Assembly (NCBI GenBank): GCA_021414205.1
Contig: JAIOOW010000002.1
Location: 18,692-82,691 of the forward strand
Length of the DNA: 64,000 nucleotides
Direction of reading: 5' to 3'
Origin: Candidatus Anderseniibacteriota bacterium
GTDB taxonomy: Bacteria > Patescibacteriota > Andersenbacteria > UBA10190
The position numbers were made by a program, and so were the translations under genes. Shown here piece by piece: positions 58,225 through 64,000 of the stretch; positions within the stretch are counted from its first letter, which is position 1, and the number at the start of each line of letters is the position of its first letter. The notes beneath the pieces are model-generated. The model saw only the letters and a program-made list of their open reading frames with translations. It had not been told where the DNA came from and ran no database searches.

Positions 58225-59214
58225 CTACCAGTACTGCTCTTTGTTTTCCTTGTAATACGCTACCATGCGGGCAATACCCTCCTTAAGCCCCACAGATGGC
58301 TTCCAGTGCGTTATTTGCTCAATCTTCGTAGTATCAGCAACGTAGTTGCCCGTCTCGTTTTTTTCGTAACTTTCTGGCCACGGAATATACTTTTTCACTC
58401 CGCTGCCAACCTCTGCTAATATCGCGTCCACCATTCCTTCAAAGGTCATACGTTCCTGCGTGCCAATGTTATACACTTCGCCTGCAACACCATACTTCGT
58501 CAGCTCAATAAAAGCGTCCACAATGTCGTCAATATACAGATAATCGCGTTCCTGGCTCCCGTCCCCGAAAATAGTAATTTCCTTTCCTTCCATTGCTTGC
58601 CGAACGAACCACCCTACGATGGAGTATTTATTATGCTTCATTTGCTGTCCTGGGCCGTACGGATTCGGAATACGAACAGAAACCGTATCCATACCAAATG
58701 TATGCGCATAATATTTGTAATATTTTTCTGCAAGCAGCTTATGAATACCGTACAAAGAGAGTGGTTCCGTAGGATGCGTTTCCGCGACAGGCGTTGTAAG
58801 AATCCTTCCGTAGACCATGCGCGAAGATGAAAACAAAATTCGAGCCTGCGGAGCATGCGCTCGAGCAGATTCTAAGACGGTAAGATGCCCTTTCCCGTTA
58901 AAATCTAAATCAGTAAACGGATCATCTTTTGAATCAATATAACTAATTTGTGCTGCAAAATTGTAAATAATATCCTTGCCAGATACGACCGTATCCATCA
59001 ATTCTTTATTACGGATATCTCCTTCGATAAACTCTATCTTATCTTCAATGGGTTTAAGATTAAAGGCATTCCCACCATACAGAGGAAACATTGCATCAAG
59101 AATCGTCACATGCGCTCCTAGCAACACAAGTTTCTTTGCCAACGAGCTACCCAAAAAGCCGGCGCCGCCGGTAATTAAAACATTTTTATTCTTAAAATAA
59201 TTATCGTTTTCCAT
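58225..59214 (-). CDS. NAD-dependent epimerase/dehydratase (extended SDR, NDP-sugar modifying).
   Basis: VLITGGAGFLGSSL and the YGIHKLLAEKY catalytic YxxxK. 329 aa. Confidence 0.6.
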   Translation of the reverse strand: MENDNYFKNKNVLITGGAGFLGSSLAKKLVLLGAHVTILDAMFPLYGGNAFNLKPIEDKIEFIEGDIRNKELMDTVVSGKDIIYNFAAQISYIDSKDDPFTDLDFNGKGHLTVLESARAHAPQARILFSSSRMVYGRILTTPVAETHPTEPLSLYGIHKLLAEKYYKYYAHTFGMDTVSVRIPNPYGPGQQMKHNKYSIVGWFVRQAMEGKEITIFGDGSQERDYLYIDDIVDAFIELTKYGVAGEVYNIGTQERMTFEGMVDAILAEVGSGVKKYIPWPESYEKNETGNYVADTTKIEQITHWKPSVGLKEGIARMVAYYKENKEQYW

Positions 59215-60343
59215 ACTGATTAATTAATTCATTATACTTGCCCATAATATTCTTCCAATCATACTCAAGCGCATATTCTCGACTCTTTTTACCCATACGA
59301 TCGCGAAGATCGGAATCATCAATAAGCTTCGAAAGCTTCTCTGCAAGATCTTCAACATTATCCCCCATGATCAAATACCCATTCTCCCCTTCATGAACGA
59401 TTTCATTGTTACCGCCCACATTACTTGCGATAACAGGTAATCCGCATCCCATGGCTTCCAAAATAACTGACGGCATGCCTTCAGAAAGAGAAGTCAGCAC
59501 GAAAATATCCGCATATTGGTATGATTTCTCCAACTGATCATACGGAACCATTCCTACATATCGAATTAAATCAGATACGCCCAATTCTTCTGCGAGCATA
59601 TCAAGCTCTTCCCTATATAGCCCGGTACCAACAACCTCCACTTCAAACGGAACCCGTACAAGACTGCGGACCTTTGGCAATGCTCGAACAACACGATGAA
59701 ACCCTTTGCGAGGAATAAGCCTGCCAATAAACAATATTTTAACCTTTGGATTTGCAGGACGATCTATGGGAGCAAACCTGGAAGTTTCCACGCCATTAGG
59801 AATACAAAGGAAATCCGTTTCCGGGTCTGCCTGCTTCGCTAAATCGCGCAGCTCTTCAGAACACACCGATCGAAACGAGGCTCTGCGCCAAATCGTTTTG
59901 AGCAATGGCGTAAGAAGCGGGTACACATGCTTAAATCGCGAAGGGTTTGCATTCGGAATATCGGACCCGCCAAAATATACTCCATACGGAATACCGCGAA
60001 GATACGATAGCACCCATGCAACCCAGCCCGCAGGAACAGCAAAAAATGCGAATACGAAATCAACCTTGTATTTCATCGTAAAAAATACGCTGTATGCAAG
60101 AGCGCTTATCCCAAACGAAACAAGTTCGATCATCGAGCTATAATCCTTATACTTTCGAAGTGCTGGAATACGAATGACAGTTGCTCCGTCAATAATTTCC
60201 CTATGAGGCAAATCTTTGTATCGAGAAGTTATAAGCGTAACAGTGTGTCCATCTGCAACTAAATGCTTAATAGCGTATTTCGTAACAGTAGAGCCCCCTC
60301 CGCCAATTGGCGGAAATTCATTGTTAATAAAAAGAAGATTCAT
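59201..60343 (-). CDS. GT4 family glycosyltransferase.
   Basis: N-terminal NNEFPPIGGGGSTV and C-terminal EGMPSVILEAMGCGLPVIASNVGGNNEIV. Confidence 0.75.
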   Translation of the reverse strand: MNLLFINNEFPPIGGGGSTVTKYAIKHLVADGHTVTLITSRYKDLPHREIIDGATVIRIPALRKYKDYSSMIELVSFGISALAYSVFFTMKYKVDFVFAFFAVPAGWVAWVLSYLRGIPYGVYFGGSDIPNANPSRFKHVYPLLTPLLKTIWRRASFRSVCSEELRDLAKQADPETDFLCIPNGVETSRFAPIDRPANPKVKILFIGRLIPRKGFHRVVRALPKVRSLVRVPFEVEVVGTGLYREELDMLAEELGVSDLIRYVGMVPYDQLEKSYQYADIFVLTSLSEGMPSVILEAMGCGLPVIASNVGGNNEIVHEGENGYLIMGDNVEDLAEKLSKLIDDSDLRDRMGKKSREYALEYDWKNIMGKYNELINQYGKR

Positions 60344-60346
60344 GCC

Positions 60347-61282
60347 TTAAAACCCTTTAGTGCTTTCAACTGAGTAGGGTTTCTTTTCGGCGTAGTACGT
60401 ATGCGCAACAATATCCGCAAGCACTCCTGAAAGGAGAAATTGAAATCCGAGCAGGACAAGCAATACCGCAAGCAGTGGGGTAGATCGGCCATTTAAACTA
60501 ATTAATTGCAGCACCCACAGCACTCCGAGTGTTCCACCGAGCAGAAATCCCGCACCAATAAACACCACGCCGATACTTCCGAAGAAGTGCATCGGTCGAG
60601 CAGAATATTGAATCCAGAATTTTACGATGAGCAAATCCAAGAACCCTTTCAATTTCTTCCTGATATTATATTTCGTTGTTCCGTATTTGCGCGCATGGTG
60701 ACGAACAACCATTTCGCCAACCTTAAAGCCCTTCCACGCAAGAAGCGCCGTGATGTATCGATGCATTTCTCCGTACAACTCCAAATCTACTAATGCTTCT
60801 TTTTTATACACCTTCAAGGAACATCCTTGGTCGTGAATCTTTTCTCCGGTCACCTTCCTGCGAATCCAGTTTCCGATAACGCTCCCGATCTTCAGCGAGC
60901 TCTTATCCTTCCTATCTTTTCTCCACCCAGAGATAACATCGTACTGTTCATCATGCAATTTCTTAATCATGGCTGGAATATCTTCTGGATCATTTTGCAA
61001 ATCAGCATCCATCACAACTACGATATCGCCCGTTGCAGCAGAAAACCCCGCAGACCAGCCGGCAGTTTGACCAAAACTTCTTCGAAGTTTGATAATTTTT
61101 ACGTGCGAATCAGTATCCGCAATAGCAGAAATAACACCATAGGTATTATCAGTACTCCCATCATCGACAACAATCAGCTCCCATGTCCCACCCATGCCAT
61201 CGAACACCTTTTTCGTAGCCTCATAGAGGGGCTTCATTGATTGCTCTTCGTTATGTGCCGGTACTACGATACTGTAATCCAT
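60347..61282 (-). CDS. GT2 polyprenyl-phosphate sugar synthase (GtrB/ArnC/DPM1-like) with two C-terminal TM helices.
   Basis: YSIVVPAHNEE...LIVVDDGSTDNT...VVVMDADLQNDPEDI (DxD / DADLQ), then two TM helices at the C-terminus, as in ArnC/GtrB. Confidence 0.75.
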   Translation of the reverse strand: MDYSIVVPAHNEEQSMKPLYEATKKVFDGMGGTWELIVVDDGSTDNTYGVISAIADTDSHVKIIKLRRSFGQTAGWSAGFSAATGDIVVVMDADLQNDPEDIPAMIKKLHDEQYDVISGWRKDRKDKSSLKIGSVIGNWIRRKVTGEKIHDQGCSLKVYKKEALVDLELYGEMHRYITALLAWKGFKVGEMVVRHHARKYGTTKYNIRKKLKGFLDLLIVKFWIQYSARPMHFFGSIGVVFIGAGFLLGGTLGVLWVLQLISLNGRSTPLLAVLLVLLGFQFLLSGVLADIVAHTYYAEKKPYSVESTKGF

Positions 61283-61289
61283 AATTCGC

Positions 61290-61318
61290 AATTTACGCTA
61301 TAATATATAATTTGTCAA
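61290..61318 (-). promoter_or_regulatory. Candidate promoter for the GtrB-like GT2 / GT4 / epimerase / csrA transcription unit.
   Basis: The minus strand reads TTGACA (abutting the rfbA stop), then a 17-nt spacer, then TAAATT, ending about 7 nt before the GT2 ATG at 61282. The transcript could be leaderless. Confidence 0.25.
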
Positions 61319-62194
61319 CTACTCATTGGCAACTTCCAATAAATACGCTCCGTACCCGCTCTTGAGTAATCCCTGAGCTATTTCTTCTAGCTGCTCTTTT
61401 GTAATATATCCCATTCGATACGCTACCTCCTCAATACACCCTATTTTCAGACCCTGCCGCTGCTCTACAATTTGAACAAAATTGCCCGCTTGCAATAGCG
61501 ATTGATGCGTTCCTGTATCCAACCATGCGGTGCCGCGGCTAAGCACAGATACGTTCAACTTCCCTTGCTGCAAATATTCCAAGTTAACATCAGTGATTTC
61601 ATATTCTCCGCGAGCAGATGGCTGGAGGTTTTCCGCAATCCCAATAACAGTATTGTCATAGAAATACACGCCCGGAACTGCGTAATGAGATTGCGGATGT
61701 TCCGGTTTTTCCTCAATGCTAATTGCCTTACCCGCATCGTCAAACGAAACTACGCCGTATCGCTCAGGGTCAGACACATGGTACGCAAAGATTCTTCCGC
61801 CACCGTTTTCTTCTACTTCCTTTTTTGCATCTTGCAATACTTCCTGAAAATTACTTCCATAAAAAATATTATCCCCGAGTATCAATGCCACGTTATCAGT
61901 ACCTATAAAATCCTTACCCAATACGAAAGCTTGAGCCAATCCGTTCGGTTTTTCTTGAACAACATATGAGAATTTCATGCCAATTTGCGAACCGTCTCCG
62001 AGCAAATTTTCAAACATCGGCAAATCATGGGGAGTGGAAATAATAAGAACCTCCTGTATTCCGGCCAACATTAATGCAGAAAGTGGATAATACACCATCG
62101 GCTTGTCGTATACCGGCATTAACTGCTTACTTATTGCTTTTGTAAGCGGGTACAAACGCGTGCCAGATCCGCCTGCGAGAATTATTCCCTTCAT
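61319..62194 (-). CDS. rfbA: Glucose-1-phosphate thymidylyltransferase RfbA/RmlA.
   Basis: [38 protein letters not shown]... Full-length colinearity with RmlA. ATG overlaps the stop of the upstream membrane-protein gene (ATGA at 62191-62194). Confidence 0.85.
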   Translation of the reverse strand: MKGIILAGGSGTRLYPLTKAISKQLMPVYDKPMVYYPLSALMLAGIQEVLIISTPHDLPMFENLLGDGSQIGMKFSYVVQEKPNGLAQAFVLGKDFIGTDNVALILGDNIFYGSNFQEVLQDAKKEVEENGGGRIFAYHVSDPERYGVVSFDDAGKAISIEEKPEHPQSHYAVPGVYFYDNTVIGIAENLQPSARGEYEITDVNLEYLQQGKLNVSVLSRGTAWLDTGTHQSLLQAGNFVQIVEQRQGLKIGCIEEVAYRMGYITKEQLEEIAQGLLKSGYGAYLLEVANE

Positions 62195-62811
62195 ACCAGC
62201 TGTCGATACATGTGTGCAAGAGCGATCATCGTAGTAGGAACTGTCCATAATAGTCCGATTCCCAATACAATTGCGCCTGCAATATTTATGAGCACAAGCA
62301 CGATCATAAATCCGAACAGCTGCCATCGGTACCCTTTCGTAATTTCAGCACTTTTCTTCAATGCTTCGACAGGCTGCAATCCCTTATCGATAATAAGATA
62401 CGTATAAAACATCCATGCAATAGCAATCATAATTCCAGGAACGATAAGCAATATCGATCCTAATGCAACGCTTACTCCAAACAAAATACTTGCAATAAGA
62501 TATGGCCAAAAAATAGTATTAATAGACCAGACATCGTCATATTTAAGCTCTTTTTTATCTACGGCCTTCAAACTTATCTTCATTACGCCCAATCGGATAT
62601 ACGCTGAAATCAATGCGCCTATAATACCTCCGATTAATCCCAGACCAGCTGCGCTAGTGTGATAATCATGACCGAAAGATCCGCCAAGCATTCTCGGGAC
62701 CAGGCTGCCGCCAATAAAAAGAATCGCCATGATTCCTACAAAGAATAAGAAATTGCTCGTAGTAGTTTTCCATCCGTATGCTATTGCCTCCTTTGGTTGT
62801 AGTGTTTTCAT
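62191..62811 (-). CDS. Polytopic membrane protein of unknown function (four or five TM helices).
   Basis: Hydrophobicity pattern only. Embedded between hldD and rfbA and translationally coupled to rfbA. Confidence 0.4.
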   Translation of the reverse strand: MKTLQPKEAIAYGWKTTTSNFLFFVGIMAILFIGGSLVPRMLGGSFGHDYHTSAAGLGLIGGIIGALISAYIRLGVMKISLKAVDKKELKYDDVWSINTIFWPYLIASILFGVSVALGSILLIVPGIMIAIAWMFYTYLIIDKGLQPVEALKKSAEITKGYRWQLFGFMIVLVLINIAGAIVLGIGLLWTVPTTMIALAHMYRQLV

Positions 62812-62827
62812 ACAAACACTATATCAC

Positions 62828-63817
62828 TTAGGCCCCAATGTGCCTATGGGGAGCCAAATAATCTTGAATATACTCAGCAATAGCATCTTCTAGAGCATAA
62901 TTTTCTGATATGTCAAATCCCGCACTGGCAAGCTTGCTCGTATCTGCTTGGGTAAAATATTGATACTGGTGCTTGATATGCTCTGGCATATCTATAAATT
63001 CAATTTTTTCGGGCATAGCACTTGCCGCAAACATTGCTCGCGCAACATCCAGCCATGAACGCGCCTTCCCAGTACCCACGTTATACACGCCACCAATCTC
63101 CTTATGATCCAAGAAAAACAACACTGCACGCACTGCATCTTTCACATAAATGAAGTCTCGCTTCTGTTCTCCGTCTCCATACTTCTTTTCATATGACTTA
63201 AATAACGTCATTTCTTTTCCACTTGCAACATCCGGATACTTTTTCGCAACCACGCTCATCATTTCTTCTTTATGCCACTCGTTCGGCCCGAATACGTTAA
63301 AGAATCGAAGGCCCACGGCTTCATTCAAAAATCTGCCGTCGCGCGCCCAAATATCTACAAGCAATTTCGACTTGCCATATAAGTTTAAAGGCACCAGCTT
63401 ATCGAATAATTTTTCATCATCATCGTATCCGTTCTCGCCATTACCATACGTTGCTGCACTAGATGCATAAATACAGCGAACATTATGGGACTGGCACCAC
63501 CTAATAATATCTTTCGAATATTCTACGTTGTTATCTTCTAAATAGCTCCAATCCGTTTCAGTAGTAGAACTGCACGCACCCATATGAATAATCGCTTCAA
63601 TATTTTGATTATCAAAATCTCCTGCCAGTAATTGCTCACGAAATTCTGCAATGCCGATCATCTGATCGTATTGCAAATGCGCAATATTATCTTCCTTCTC
63701 ATCATGATCAACATCATCAACATCATCAACAATAATAATATCTTCACGCCCACGCGCATTTAATTCCGCAACAATTGCACTTCCGATAAATCCCGCCCCG
63801 CCGGTAACAATAATCAT
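62828..63817 (-). CDS. hldD: ADP-L-glycero-D-manno-heptose 6-epimerase HldD (RfaD).
   Basis: MIIVTGGAGFIGS...HMGACSSTTE...YASSAATYG...YGKSK...RFFNVFGPNE..., colinear with E. coli HldD. Contains an acidic insertion DVDDVDHDEKED. Confidence 0.85.
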   Translation of the reverse strand: MIIVTGGAGFIGSAIVAELNARGREDIIIVDDVDDVDHDEKEDNIAHLQYDQMIGIAEFREQLLAGDFDNQNIEAIIHMGACSSTTETDWSYLEDNNVEYSKDIIRWCQSHNVRCIYASSAATYGNGENGYDDDEKLFDKLVPLNLYGKSKLLVDIWARDGRFLNEAVGLRFFNVFGPNEWHKEEMMSVVAKKYPDVASGKEMTLFKSYEKKYGDGEQKRDFIYVKDAVRAVLFFLDHKEIGGVYNVGTGKARSWLDVARAMFAASAMPEKIEFIDMPEHIKHQYQYFTQADTSKLASAGFDISENYALEDAIAEYIQDYLAPHRHIGA

Positions 63818-64000
63818 AGCGCTTTAATTTTTTCAATTATTTCACTTGTAGACAAATTCGGTCGGCGTTTCACTACGTATGCAGTAGCGCCAACAGCTTG
63901 CATTGCAGGGTATTCGATCCACGATTCTGCTTGGCCATGATCGTCACCGTTTACATGAACATTCGGCTTAATTGCTGGCAAGAATGATCCGTGCGGCTCT
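63814..64000 (-). CDS. 3' end of a heptose-1-phosphate adenylyltransferase gene (HldE domain II / HldC-like cytidylyltransferase fold). The 5' end is outside the window.
   Basis: Translation of the minus strand gives ...FLPAIKPNVHVNGDDHGQAESWIEYPAMQAVGATAYVVKRRPNLSTSEIIEKIKAL*, which matches the C-terminal PD.LVKGGDY...GG.V......STT.II..I block of RfaE/HldE domain II. Its TGA overlaps the hldD ATG. Confidence 0.55.
   Translation of the reverse strand, partial: EPHGSFLPAIKPNVHVNGDDHGQAESWIEYPAMQAVGATAYVVKRRPNLSTSEIIEKIKAL

Noticed and set aside
57901-58419. A 172-aa plus-strand ORF antisense to csrA and the epimerase gene.
   Set aside because: The P/R/S-rich translation is typical of the antisense of a GC-rich gene. 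csrA on the opposite strand is unambiguous.
1-64000. Looked for CRISPR arrays, diversity-generating retroelement parts (reverse transcriptase, template/variable repeats), toxin-antitoxin pairs, phage integrases and recognisable defence-system genes.
   Set aside because: No regularly spaced direct repeats, no reverse-transcriptase or nuclease/ATPase-type ORFs, no integrase or transposase. The window is essentially all glycan biosynthesis plus a small housekeeping island.
1-64000. Considered an alternative genetic code (UGA read as Gly or Trp), which occurs in some small-genome lineages.
   Set aside because: Long uninterrupted ORFs with clear full-length homologues (murA, mreB, hldD, rfbA, asnB) are obtained with standard stops, and several genes end in TGA at positions matching homologue C-termini.

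Overview
This 64 kb window is almost entirely a very gene-dense locus for cell-surface glycan or glycoprotein biosynthesis. Genes are tightly packed, with many 4-nt ATGA start/stop overlaps, and the background GC is roughly 40-42%. My guess is a small-genome, uncultivated bacterium, but I cannot place it taxonomically from sequence alone.

Glycosyltransferase content (all by motif):
- About eight GT4 (GT-B) enzymes, recognised by the EX7E motif.
- Four GT2 enzymes, two of them polyprenyl-phosphate sugar synthases of the GtrB/DPM1/ArnC type.
- One GT9 heptosyltransferase.
- At least twelve large polytopic membrane proteins: four YfhO-like proteins with the C-terminal YYPGW...VPAG signature, five GT-C/PMT/ArnT-like proteins with a DE or DD first-loop motif, a GtrC-like partner, and two proteins of a 'GGD' family.
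- Two Wzx-type flippases, two deacetylase-like proteins, two methyltransferases and an AsnB-type amidotransferase.

NDP-sugar supply genes:
- rfbA.
- Three SDR epimerase/dehydratases, one of them UDP-GlcA-4-epimerase-like.
- hldD plus the 3' end of an hldE-like adenylyltransferase (ADP-heptose route).
- A compact minus-strand operon at 24.4-29.3 kb that may be a previously undescribed NDP-sugar pathway, possibly NDP-D-arabinose starting from Ru5P. It combines a PHI/KdsD-clade SIS isomerase, an Rpe-family epimerase, a KdsC-family phosphatase, a nucleotidyltransferase fused to an APH/ChoK-fold kinase, a second nucleotidyltransferase and a degenerate Nudix-like gene.

Housekeeping island at 54-58 kb: mreB, a murA carrying Asp at the fosfomycin-target Cys115 position, a PEGA/beta-propeller membrane protein, and an orphan, GC-rich csrA.

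Other points: two good rho-independent terminators, a dRS3-like GC-rich palindromic element inserted in-frame in a GT-C gene, and several convergent gene overlaps.
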